A stretch of 64,000 bases of DNA from an uncultured Clostridia bacterium (GTDB taxonomy: Bacteria > Bacillota > Clostridia > Oscillospirales > Acutalibacteraceae): positions 235 to 64,234 of the forward strand of contig CALWVM010000010.1 in assembly GCA_944384985.1 (NCBI GenBank). Direction: 5' to 3'. Positions 56,240 through 64,000 of this stretch are shown here, in pieces (position 1 is the stretch's first letter; every line of letters begins with the position of its first letter). The notes under the pieces were generated by a model. That model saw nothing but the letters and a program-made list of their open reading frames with translations, ran no database searches and was not told where the DNA came from. The translations under genes were made by a program, and so were the position numbers.

Positions 56240-57973
56240 ATGGCACTCGACGGCATTACGCTGCATTTTATCAAAATCGAATTGGAAAAGACCCTTTTGG
56301 GCGCTCGCGTGGAAAAGGTACACCAACCTGCGAAATGTGAATTGACGCTGCTCATGCGCACGCGAACAGGGGCGTACCGGCTGCTGATTTCGGCGGAGTC
56401 CGCGTCGCCGCGAATCCACATTACCGAGACGGCGAGTGAAAACCCGCAAAATCCGCCGATGCTCTGCATGTTGCTGCGCAAACACCTGACCGGTGCAACA
56501 CTGTGCGGTCTGCGGCAGGCGGGGCTGGATCGTGTGCTGTTTCTGGATTTTGACGCGACCAACGAGATCGGTGACAAAGTGCGATTAACGCTTTGTGTGG
56601 AGATCATGGGGCAGCACAGCAATATTATTCTTTTGCAGGAAAACGGTACGATCCTCGACGCGGTCAAGCGTGTGGACGCTTCCAAATCTGCATATCGTGA
56701 GATCCTGCCGGGGATTCCCTATAAACTCCCGCCCCGTCAGGATAAGATTCCATTGTCTGAAGAAACGATTCAACCCTGTGCAGCACGTATTTTGCAAAGC
56801 CCTCAGCAGCAGCTTCCGGCAGCTTTTATGAAAAATGTGGAAGGTATTTCTCCCATTGTCAGTCGGGAACTTGCTTTCCGTGCCGTGGGTGACTGTACCT
56901 GCACGGTGCGCGAGGCAGGGGAGAAAGCCATACGAAGCGCGCTCGAATACCTTTGCACAGCCATGAATGGCGTGCCGGCGCACTGCGTGGTCTGCGACGA
57001 GGACGACAAGCCGTTTGACTTTTCCTTTTTGGATATTTTGCAATACGGAAATTTTTGCAAAAAAATTGCGTATACCTCTTTTTCTGCTTTGCTGGATGCT
57101 TTTTATGCTGAGCGTAACCGCATACTGCGTGCAAAGCGCAGGGCGGGGGATCTGCATAGAACCTTGCAGACGCTCCAAGAACGGACTGCGCGCAAAATGG
57201 CAAACCGCCGTACGCAGTTGAAAGACAGCGCTGAAAAAGAACGACTGCGTGTCTTTGGTGAATTGATTCAGGCAAATCAATACACGTTGCAAAAGGGCTC
57301 TTCCGTATATGAGGTAGAGAATTATTACGATGACAATAAACTCGTCCGAATTCCCGTCGATCCGGCACTGTCTCCCACACAAAATGCGCAGAAGTACTTC
57401 AAGGCGTATAAAAAGGCTTCAACCGCGGAAAAAATGCTTGCCGAACTCATTGCACACGATGAGCAGGAGCTGAGTTATCTTGCTTCCGTGGAAGACGCAC
57501 TTTCCCGCGCACAGGGGGAAAGCGATCTCGCCGCGATTCGCCAGGAACTGATCGACGGCAAGTATTTAAAAAAGAAAAAAGGCGGCAAACAACGGCTGCC
57601 GAAGGAACTTCCGCCGCATAAATTCAAAACGCGGGAAGGCTTTACGGTTTTGGTCGGCCGCAACAACGTGCAAAACGATAAGCTGACTTTAAAAACGGCA
57701 AAAAATTACGATATTTGGCTGCACACGCAGCACTTTGCCGGTGCGCATACGATTCTGGTCTCGGATAACCGCGAGATCACGGATCAGGCAATCTCCGAAG
57801 CCGCCGCCATTGCCGCGTTTTTCAGCAGTGCACGGGACGCACAAAAGGTACCGGTCGATTATACACGCATAAAAAATATAAAAAAACCGGTCGGAGCGAA
57901 ACCGGGAAAGGTGATTTACAACACCTATAACACCATCTATGTTATGCCCAGCGAGCCGAAAGAAGAATTATAA
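56240..57973 (+). CDS. rqcH: ribosome quality-control protein RqcH (NFACT / FbpA family)
   Basis: MALDGITLHFIKIELEK N-terminus, coiled-coil middle region and C-terminal NFACT-R motif FTVLVGRNNVQND...WLHTQHFAGAH. Confidence 0.9.
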   Translation: MALDGITLHFIKIELEKTLLGARVEKVHQPAKCELTLLMRTRTGAYRLLISAESASPRIHITETASENPQNPPMLCMLLRKHLTGATLCGLRQAGLDRVLFLDFDATNEIGDKVRLTLCVEIMGQHSNIILLQENGTILDAVKRVDASKSAYREILPGIPYKLPPRQDKIPLSEETIQPCAARILQSPQQQLPAAFMKNVEGISPIVSRELAFRAVGDCTCTVREAGEKAIRSALEYLCTAMNGVPAHCVVCDEDDKPFDFSFLDILQYGNFCKKIAYTSFSALLDAFYAERNRILRAKRRAGDLHRTLQTLQERTARKMANRRTQLKDSAEKERLRVFGELIQANQYTLQKGSSVYEVENYYDDNKLVRIPVDPALSPTQNAQKYFKAYKKASTAEKMLAELIAHDEQELSYLASVEDALSRAQGESDLAAIRQELIDGKYLKKKKGGKQRLPKELPPHKFKTREGFTVLVGRNNVQNDKLTLKTAKNYDIWLHTQHFAGAHTILVSDNREITDQAISEAAAIAAFFSSARDAQKVPVDYTRIKNIKKPVGAKPGKVIYNTYNTIYVMPSEPKEEL

Positions 57974-57976
57974 AAA

Positions 57977-58013
57977 GCGACGCCGTACCCGAAAGAGTAC
58001 AGCGTCGTTTTTT
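57977..58013. terminator. bidirectional terminator between rqcH and the DUF378 gene
   Basis: gcgacgccgtac / gtacagcgtcgt stem (one mismatch), with an A run before and a T6 run after. Confidence 0.7.
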
Positions 58014-58021
58014 GGCTTGAT

Positions 58022-58237
58022 TTAGTCGTCGTTGGCGGGTGCAAGAACTTCGCTTTCACGGAAAAGCAGGGAGATGCACCAAACCGCCGCGATGGCGACA
58101 AGCGTATAAATGATTCTGCTGATTACGGCGTCCTGCCCGCCGAAGATCCAGCCGACAATATCAAATTGGAAAAGCCCGATGGAGCCCCAGTTGATGCCGC
58201 CGATGATAACCAGAATCAGCGCGATTCTATCCAGCAT
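58022..58237 (-). CDS. DUF378 small membrane protein
   Basis: LILVIIGGINWGSIGLFQFDIVGWIFGG motif; the ATG at 58237 lies 9 nt after AAGGAG. Confidence 0.85.
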   Translation of the reverse strand: MLDRIALILVIIGGINWGSIGLFQFDIVGWIFGGQDAVISRIIYTLVAIAAVWCISLLFRESEVLAPANDD

Positions 58238-58321
58238 ATTTCTCAACTCCTTATCAATGCTTGTTGATAGTATGAGCTGAAAAACTGCGGATATACGATT
58301 TCAAAATTTGAACAATAAAAT

Positions 58322-59509
58322 TTAATATGTTCCGGCGGCTTTTTTCAGTTGATCCACTCTGTCCGTCTTTTCCCAGGTCAGGTCCAGATCCGTTCTGCCC
58401 ATGTGTCCGTATGCGGCAAGGGCACGGTAGATCGGGCGGCGCAAGTCGAGATATTCGATGATCGCAGCGGGTCGCAAATCAAAGACTTCCGTTACGATCT
58501 CGCTTAGTACGTCGTCGGAAAGCGTGCCCGTACCGAATGTATCCACCATGACGGAGACGGGATTTGCTACGCCGATGGCGTAGGCGATCTGGATCTCGCA
58601 GCGCTGTGCAAGCCCGGCCGCCACAATATTTTTGGCGACATATCGCGCCGCATATGCGGCGGAACGGTCCACCTTGGTCGGATCTTTGCCCGAAAAACAG
58701 CCACCGCCGTGCCGGCCGATGCCGCCGTAGGTGTCCACAATGATTTTTCTGCCCGTCAGCCCTGAGTCGCCTGCGGGCCCTCCGGTCACAAATCTACCCG
58801 TCGGATTGACATAAATGATGGTATCCTCATCAAATAAATTTTCGGGCACAACGGGCTTGATGACGTGCTGCAAAATATCCGAGCGGATCTGCGCAAGCGG
58901 GATCTCGGCGCGATGCTGCGCTGAGACAACAACCGTGTCCACACGCACGGGTTTATTGTCGTCATATTCAACCGTGACCTGCGTTTTCCCATCCGGGAAC
59001 AGGTAGGAAAGCGTGCCGTCTTTGCGGACATCCGTCAGACGCTTGGCAAGTTTATGAGCCAAAGCGATCGGAAGCGGCATCAGTTCCGGCGTCTCACAGC
59101 AGGCGTAACCGAACATCATGCCCTGATCGCCCGCACCGTGCAGGTTATAGTCGTCCGTCTTACCGGTTTTCAGCTCGTAGGAAGCGTCAACACCCATCGC
59201 AATGTCTGCCGATTGCTTGTCAATGGCGATGTCCACACGGCAGGTATGCCCGTTGAAACCGGCGTCGTCATTGTCATATCCGATCTCGCATACAACGTCG
59301 CGTGCGATTTTTTCAATGTCCACCTTGGCGGTCGTGGTGATCTCGCCCATAATCATCAGGCGGTTGGTGATGCAGGTTGTTTCACATGCGACGCGCCCGT
59401 TGGGATCTTGTGCTAAAATCGCGTCTAAAATCGCGTCCGAAACGGTATCGCAAATCTTGTCAGGATGTCCTTCCGTAACCGATTCCGATGTAAAAAGGTG
59501 TTTGGTCAT
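58322..59509 (-). CDS. metK: S-adenosylmethionine synthase
   Basis: [28 protein letters not shown] and [16 protein letters not shown] motifs. Confidence 0.97.
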   Translation of the reverse strand: MTKHLFTSESVTEGHPDKICDTVSDAILDAILAQDPNGRVACETTCITNRLMIMGEITTTAKVDIEKIARDVVCEIGYDNDDAGFNGHTCRVDIAIDKQSADIAMGVDASYELKTGKTDDYNLHGAGDQGMMFGYACCETPELMPLPIALAHKLAKRLTDVRKDGTLSYLFPDGKTQVTVEYDDNKPVRVDTVVVSAQHRAEIPLAQIRSDILQHVIKPVVPENLFDEDTIIYVNPTGRFVTGGPAGDSGLTGRKIIVDTYGGIGRHGGGCFSGKDPTKVDRSAAYAARYVAKNIVAAGLAQRCEIQIAYAIGVANPVSVMVDTFGTGTLSDDVLSEIVTEVFDLRPAAIIEYLDLRRPIYRALAAYGHMGRTDLDLTWEKTDRVDQLKKAAGTY

Positions 59510-59547
59510 ATCTTTGGTCTCCTTTATTTGGGTGCATTCCTATATCG

Positions 59548-59690
59548 CAAAAAAAGCACCGGGGCGTGCCCAGGTGCTTTTCTCATCACCTTATCTTTCA
59601 GCAAAAGCTGTGGGATTTGGCACCTTGCACATCGTGCAGGTTGCCGGACTTCACAGGGCCTGTCCCTCCGTCACTCTCTATAAGGAATGT
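59548..59690 (-). promoter_or_regulatory. SAM-I riboswitch with terminator expression platform
   Basis: Minus-strand CCTTATAGAGAGTGACGGAGGGACAGGCCCTGTGAAGTCCGGCAACC...GGTGCCAAATCCCACAG...GAAAGATAAGG matches the SAM-I (S-box) core. It is followed by the hairpin agcacctggg...cccggtgct and a T7 run. Confidence 0.9.
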
Positions 59691-59709
59691 ATATCCGTTT
59701 GTCATAAGT

Positions 59710-59738
59710 ATTGTATAACGGAAAGCGTAGCTTGTCAA
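59710..59738 (-). promoter_or_regulatory. sigma-A promoter for the SAM riboswitch and metK
   Basis: Minus strand TTGACA, 17 nt, TACAAT. Confidence 0.7.
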
Positions 59739-59781
59739 CCGTCATACAGTGGTTTTTGCAGAAATTTGACAAAAAACACAT

Positions 59782-60363
59782 TCAGCCGAGCGCGGCAGAA
59801 AACTGCGATGCAGCGGCAGCTAAGATTGCCTTCGGATCATTGCCGACAATGTCCAGCCCTTCAGCAGAGATCAGACAGGATTTTTTGACGCCGAAAAACT
59901 GTTCCATAACCGCACGCACATAAGTATAACCATAGTTGTTCTCGCCGATATACCCGCCGGCGGTTGTGATATAGATGAGCCGCTCGGCACGGCAGAGACT
60001 GACGGGGCAACCGGCTTCGTCATAGGCGAAGGTAACCCCGGAACAGCAGACATTTTCAAAATACAGCTTCAAAAGCGAGGGAAAGGAAAGATCCCAGTAC
60101 GGCGCTGCAATTACGATCCATTGTGCGCGGCGAAAGGTATTTGCATGTACAAAAAAAGGTGCGTCTGTTTTGCCCTCGTGCAAGAGGTGGTCGCGTTCGT
60201 GCAGCCGCGCTCTGTCAAGCGGCAAAAGCCCAAGTTTTTCAAGCGGCAGGCAGGTGATCTCCGCATTCGGGATCTGCGCAAGAAACCGATTGGCGAGATC
60301 CAAAGTGCGTGACGCTTCTCCGCGAACACAGGCGTTTAAAAACAGAATATCCTTTTTTGGCAT
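59782..60363 (-). CDS. flavodoxin-like-fold NAD(P)H-dependent oxidoreductase (azoreductase/quinone reductase-like)
   Basis: 193-aa ORF; N-terminal ILFLNACVR...SRT and the overall pattern resemble the Flavodoxin_2 family. Its GGAGGA RBS overlaps the ribU stop. Confidence 0.6.
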   Translation of the reverse strand: MPKKDILFLNACVRGEASRTLDLANRFLAQIPNAEITCLPLEKLGLLPLDRARLHERDHLLHEGKTDAPFFVHANTFRRAQWIVIAAPYWDLSFPSLLKLYFENVCCSGVTFAYDEAGCPVSLCRAERLIYITTAGGYIGENNYGYTYVRAVMEQFFGVKKSCLISAEGLDIVGNDPKAILAAAASQFSAALG

Positions 60364-60376
60364 GCATATCCTCCAA

Positions 60377-61000
60377 TCAGCCCATTTTCCCTTTTAAAAC
60401 AGGAGACAGGCGTTTATACAGCAAAAATGTAACAGCGGTGCACAACAGACCTTTGATAAAGGTGAAGGGCACGTTAAAGACCAGTAACGCTTTCCAAAGA
60501 TTGTCAACGGACGGGAGGATCGCCTGATAGGCGGCGAGGATCGCATCCATCGGCATAAAGTTCGTGTAGACAGGATACACGATGAAATAGTTGGTGAACA
60601 AACTGAAAACGGCCATGCAGCAGGCGCCCGTCAGCGCGCCGAGAAACGCGAATTTTCGTGTCTTTTTGTGCTTGTAGATAAGTCCTGCGGGGATGACCAG
60701 AAAACAGCCCAGAATAAAGTTCGAAAGCTCGCCGACGCCTCCGGTGGTCGTTGTTAACAAATTGATGAGGTTCTTGAGCAAACAGACCATAACGCCGCTC
60801 ACGGGGCCTAAGGCGAACGAGGCGATCAGCGCAGGAAAATCGGAAAGATCCATTTTAATGAAACTCGGCATCAGCGGAACGCTGAAATCGAGAAACATCA
60901 ATACGGCGGATACAGCGGCAAGCAGCGCAGTAACGGTCAGCTTGCGGATTTTTGCCCCGGAAAACAGGGCAGGCTTTTGGCGGACAGCTTTTTCGGACAT
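60377..61000 (-). CDS. ribU: ECF-transporter S component, riboflavin-type
   Basis: Polytopic protein with KMDLSDFPALIASFALGP and GELSNFILG motifs; an FMN riboswitch lies directly upstream. Confidence 0.8.
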   Translation of the reverse strand: MSEKAVRQKPALFSGAKIRKLTVTALLAAVSAVLMFLDFSVPLMPSFIKMDLSDFPALIASFALGPVSGVMVCLLKNLINLLTTTTGGVGELSNFILGCFLVIPAGLIYKHKKTRKFAFLGALTGACCMAVFSLFTNYFIVYPVYTNFMPMDAILAAYQAILPSVDNLWKALLVFNVPFTFIKGLLCTAVTFLLYKRLSPVLKGKMG

Positions 61001-61040
61001 GGTATTCGTCCCTTTCCCAATAGATTCAAATGCGGCTGTC

Positions 61041-61205
61041 CAAAAGAAAAGCCCCGCAAGAAAAGTCTCGCGAGGCGAAAGTGCAGAAAAAAAGAATCTT
61101 CTTTCATCCGGACTTTAACCGTCGGTTTGGGAATTGCACCCAATCAGCAAAAAGCTTGTGGACTTTTACCACCGGTGGGGACTTCCACCCCGCCTTGAAG
61201 ACAGC
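61041..61205 (-). promoter_or_regulatory. FMN (RFN) riboswitch with terminator
   Basis: Minus-strand AGGCGGGGTGGAAGTCCCCACCGGTGGTAAAAGTCCACAAGC...GGGTGCAATTCCCAAACCGACGGTTAAAGTCCGGATGAAAGAAG matches the RFN core. It is followed by the hairpin cctcgcgag / cttgcgggg and a T-rich tail. Confidence 0.9.
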
Positions 61206-61222
61206 TGTTGATTTGTACTGCC

Positions 61223-61251
61223 ATTATATGCCCGCGCTCAAGGATTGTCAA
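61223..61251 (-). promoter_or_regulatory. sigma-A promoter for the FMN riboswitch operon
   Basis: Minus strand TTGACA, 17 nt, TATAAT; the -35 lies inside the last codons of the upstream MFS gene. Confidence 0.7.
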
Positions 61252-62467
61252 CCCGGTTTTTTGGAGATCGGCGGAATACGCCCAAAAGCACCAGCCCGGC
61301 AATCGCAAGGATCGGGAAAAGATTCCCAAAGCCGAGACCGATTTTTAACGCACCGCCGTCCGTAAGCGTTGTATCTGCACGCTGCGCAGCAGAGGAAACA
61401 AAACTCACGATCCAAGGACCGACAGAGCAGCCGATATCCCCAAGAATGGCAAGCACGCCGAACATTGCGGCGCCGCCGTTTGGATAAAGCCCGGAGACCA
61501 GACTGAATGTGCCGGGCCAGAACAGACTGATGGAAAATCCTGTCAACGCACAGCCGAACAGTGCGAGCAGCGGATAAGGGGAAATCGCCGTTGTCGTATA
61601 ACAGACAATGCACAGCACAGCGCAGAAAAACATAGCTTTTTTCAAATCGAGCCGATTACCGTAAATGCCGAACAACAGCCGCCCGAGCCCCATAAACACG
61701 GCGAACAGACAAGGCCCGAGCAGATCACCCATAAACTTCGAGACGCCGAGCCCCGTTTCAGCGAAGAAAGAAGACCATTGCGACATGGCAAGTTCCGAAG
61801 CGCCGGCGCACAGCATCAAAAGCATGGCTATACGAAAATTGCGTTCGGAAAACAGCTTGCGCAGTGGGATTTTTTCTTCTTCTTTGAGTGTCTTCGGAAA
61901 AGGGAGGGATGAAAAGTTAAACAGGTTTACAAGCGGTACACAGGCCCAGATAAACGGTAAAATATACCAGTAATGGCTGCCGACTACCCGAATAAACAGC
62001 GTCGAAAGCGCGACCACCGTCATTTGCCCCCAGCAGTAAAAGGAGTGCAAAAGGCTCATATCCGCTTCCTTTTTTTCGCTTGGGATCGCATCCACGATCG
62101 GGCTTATGGTCACCTCGATCATGCCGCTTCCCATGGCGGAGATCACCGTGGCAAGTACAAGCGCCGGAAACGGTGCAGAAACAAATCGCGGCAGTGTTCC
62201 CAAAAGGAAAAGCCCCACCGCCGCGCACGCGTGCGAAGTAAGGATGACTTTTTTATAACCGATGCGGTCAACAACTTTAACGGAAATCAGGTCAACCACG
62301 GTCTGCGCCAAAAAATTGATAAGGATCAAACTGCCAATCTGTGTGAGAGAAATACCGAATTCTTCCTGAAATACAATGAAGAGGATCGGGGAGAGGTTGT
62401 TAATGATTGCCTGCACAAAATAGCCCACGTAGCAGGCGATGGTTGTCCCTTTGTACGTCCGCTGCAT
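61238..62467 (-). CDS. MFS transporter
   Basis: 409-aa ORF with about 12 hydrophobic segments; VDRIGYKK-type loop between TM2 and TM3. Confidence 0.85.
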   Translation of the reverse strand: MQRTYKGTTIACYVGYFVQAIINNLSPILFIVFQEEFGISLTQIGSLILINFLAQTVVDLISVKVVDRIGYKKVILTSHACAAVGLFLLGTLPRFVSAPFPALVLATVISAMGSGMIEVTISPIVDAIPSEKKEADMSLLHSFYCWGQMTVVALSTLFIRVVGSHYWYILPFIWACVPLVNLFNFSSLPFPKTLKEEEKIPLRKLFSERNFRIAMLLMLCAGASELAMSQWSSFFAETGLGVSKFMGDLLGPCLFAVFMGLGRLLFGIYGNRLDLKKAMFFCAVLCIVCYTTTAISPYPLLALFGCALTGFSISLFWPGTFSLVSGLYPNGGAAMFGVLAILGDIGCSVGPWIVSFVSSAAQRADTTLTDGGALKIGLGFGNLFPILAIAGLVLLGVFRRSPKNRVDNP

Positions 62468-62470
62468 AAA

Positions 62471-63160
62471 TCAAATGTACTCCTTGTCGTCGGAAAGTTC
62501 CGCCGATCCACCAATGGGGATCGCTTCGCCGAGATAGGTCGGTTCCGGCTCAAAAATGCATGTGAAAAAATCCTTTACGCGCGCAAGCGATTCACGCAAC
62601 TGGTTCCGGATGTCCGTTGCGAGCGCGTAATCCTGCCGGTCCGCCGCGACGCCATACGCTTCAATTCCCAAGGTGCGCGCGATATAGACGGCTCTGTAAA
62701 GATGATACCCTTGCGTGACAATAACGACCTTTTTTATGCCGAAAATATCACGTGCACGATACATGGATTCATAGGTGGAAAATCCCGCGTGGTCAAGAAA
62801 TATAACATCCGGCTCCACGCCTTTGTCCACGCAGTATTGTTTCATGCTATTGACTTCGTCATAATTTTTCTGCCCGTGGTCGCCGCTCATCAACAGCCTG
62901 TCCGCCGCACCGTCCTCATACAGCGCAAGACCCGTCAGAACACGGTCTTCGAGCATCGGGCTTAACGTGTTATCGCCATAAACGGCGCAGCCGAGCACCA
63001 GAATGCAGTCCGCATCAAGCGCGGAAACTTCCTGCTCTGTTAAGATATGCGGTTTTGCGGTCAGTATAGCAGCTGCATTGATGCCGCCATACAGCAGAAA
63101 GCCGAGCAGACACAGACTGACCAAAGCGAAAAGCAATTTTTTTAAGCGCTTTCTGCGCAT
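62471..63160 (-). CDS. sanA: SanA/YdcF-family (DUF218) protein
   Basis: N-terminal TM, then CILVLGCAVYGD...LLMSGDHG...DHAGFSTYES motifs. The ATG at 63160 lies 2 nt after the manA stop. Confidence 0.85.
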   Translation of the reverse strand: MRRKRLKKLLFALVSLCLLGFLLYGGINAAAILTAKPHILTEQEVSALDADCILVLGCAVYGDNTLSPMLEDRVLTGLALYEDGAADRLLMSGDHGQKNYDEVNSMKQYCVDKGVEPDVIFLDHAGFSTYESMYRARDIFGIKKVVIVTQGYHLYRAVYIARTLGIEAYGVAADRQDYALATDIRNQLRESLARVKDFFTCIFEPEPTYLGEAIPIGGSAELSDDKEYI

Positions 63161-63162
63161 CT

Positions 63163-64000
63163 TTATACCCTCGTTTCTATGCAGGAAAGGCTGCCGCATA
63201 TCCGAAAGCTGCCGCTGTCCGCGGAAATGAAAAGGCTGTCGCCTTTCTTTAAGGAAAGCTTTTCCCCGCCGCAGACGATTTCTCCGCTGCCCTGTGTGAC
63301 CAGAATCGACACAAACGAAGTCTCGTCTGCAATGCCGGTATAAGCTGTTTCCACCTCCAGGGAGCGTACAGTGAACAGATCACACGCCGTCAATAGCTGC
63401 TCACGGTAACCGTCCTTTTGCTCCGATTTGCCTTCGGGTGTGCAGGCGCGTGTGGGCGGCGCGGTCACCGTGACATCCAGTGCTTTTTGCGTGTGCAGCG
63501 CACGCGGCTTTCCGTCTGCGCCGAGCCTGCCGTAGTCATACACACGGTAGGTCGTATTGGAGTTCTGCTGTATTTCGGCGAGCAGGATCCCTCCGCCGAT
63601 ACCGTGCAGCGTGCCCGCCTCAATGAAGAAGAAATCCCCTTTATGTACTTTCACATGGTTGACGACTTCCAAAAAGGTGTTGTCTTCGATCCGCGCACGG
63701 AATTCTTCTTTGGAAATTTCTTTTTTGAAGCCGTAAATGAGCTCGGCACCTTCGTCACAGTCAAGAATATACCAGCACTCCGTTTTGCCCGGTTCGCCCT
63801 CTACGCGGCGCGCATATGCGTCGTTTGGGTGCACCTGTACGGAAAGATTCTGCTTGGCATCGATGAGTTTAATCAAAATGGGAAATTCCGTCTTGCTTCG
63901 GCAATGCGTGCCGAGTATGGCATTACCCTCGGCGTCGATCACGTCCGAAAGCGTTTTGCCTTTGTATTTCCCGTTGGCGATGGTGTTCTGTCCATCCTTG
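63163..64000 (-). CDS. manA: class I mannose-6-phosphate isomerase (5-prime end beyond the window)
   Basis: LSVQVHPND, ECWYIL and AGTLHGIGGG motifs. The reading frame stays open upstream of 63942 to the window edge (...KDGQNTIANGKYKGKTLSDV). Confidence 0.88.
   Translation of the reverse strand, partial: KDGQNTIANGKYKGKTLSDVIDAEGNAILGTHCRSKTEFPILIKLIDAKQNLSVQVHPNDAYARRVEGEPGKTECWYILDCDEGAELIYGFKKEISKEEFRARIEDNTFLEVVNHVKVHKGDFFFIEAGTLHGIGGGILLAEIQQNSNTTYRVYDYGRLGADGKPRALHTQKALDVTVTAPPTRACTPEGKSEQKDGYREQLLTACDLFTVRSLEVETAYTGIADETSFVSILVTQGSGEIVCGGEKLSLKKGDSLFISADSGSFRICGSLSCIETRV

Noticed and set aside
55465-57382. Minus-strand ORFs of 406 aa and 265 aa opposite nif3 and rqcH
   Set aside because: Same reasoning: they are antisense to genes with clear family motifs and have biased composition.
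61973-62965. A 330-aa + strand ORF opposite the MFS transporter and sanA
   Set aside because: It spans two well-supported minus-strand genes and their junction. Its His/Arg/Lys-rich translation has no motifs, so it is a shadow frame.
1-64000. Search for CRISPR arrays, IS elements/transposases, integrases, phage genes, toxin-antitoxin pairs, tRNA/rRNA genes and known defence-system signatures
   Set aside because: I saw no regularly spaced direct repeats, no DDE/tyrosine-recombinase-like ORFs, and no intergenic gap long enough for an unexplained structured RNA. All ORFs over 100 aa on the coding strands are accounted for by housekeeping or sporulation families, or by the few orphans reported above.

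Overview
The window looks like a core chromosomal segment of a spore-forming Firmicute, probably a Clostridia-type genome of about 55-60% G+C by eye. It is densely packed, mostly on the + strand. I call 69 protein-coding features (68 CDS and one frameshifted pseudogene), two riboswitches, and several sigma-A-like promoters and intrinsic terminators. Content is housekeeping genes (pfkA, aroK, polA, uvrC, coaD, priA-def-fmt-rsmB-rlmN-prpC-prkC-rsgA-thiN, yicC-remA-gmk-rpoZ, nadE, alaA, ileS, metK, cdaA-cdaR, scpA-scpB) mixed with many sporulation genes (spoIVB, spo0A, spoIIID, a SpoVM-like micro-ORF, ytfI/ytfJ-like genes, an alpha/beta SASP, a D-Ala-D-Ala carboxypeptidase and a polysaccharide deacetylase). 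The riboswitches are SAM-I upstream of metK and FMN upstream of ribU. I found no CRISPR array, transposase, integrase, tRNA/rRNA gene or recognisable multi-gene defence island, and I cannot point to a clear novel multi-gene system. The most unusual loci are listed here.
- A roughly 24% G+C membrane ORF sits between spo0A and dusB. It appears translationally coupled to dusB and runs through a bidirectional terminator.
- Two tandem lower-GC paralogous membrane-protein genes lie at 48.5-49.7 kb, the second frameshifted in a T run.
- One ORF fuses a low-molecular-weight phosphatase domain to a RimI-type acetyltransferase domain.
- A repeat-containing putative lipoprotein occupies the slot after cdaA-cdaR where glmM is usually found.
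- An 11-bp perfect inverted repeat with Spo0A-box cores brackets a promoter.
- A hairpin sequesters a ribosome-binding site.
- Two micro-ORFs, including the SpoVM-like one, are absent from the ORF track.
All family assignments rest on motif recognition from memory, not on database searches.
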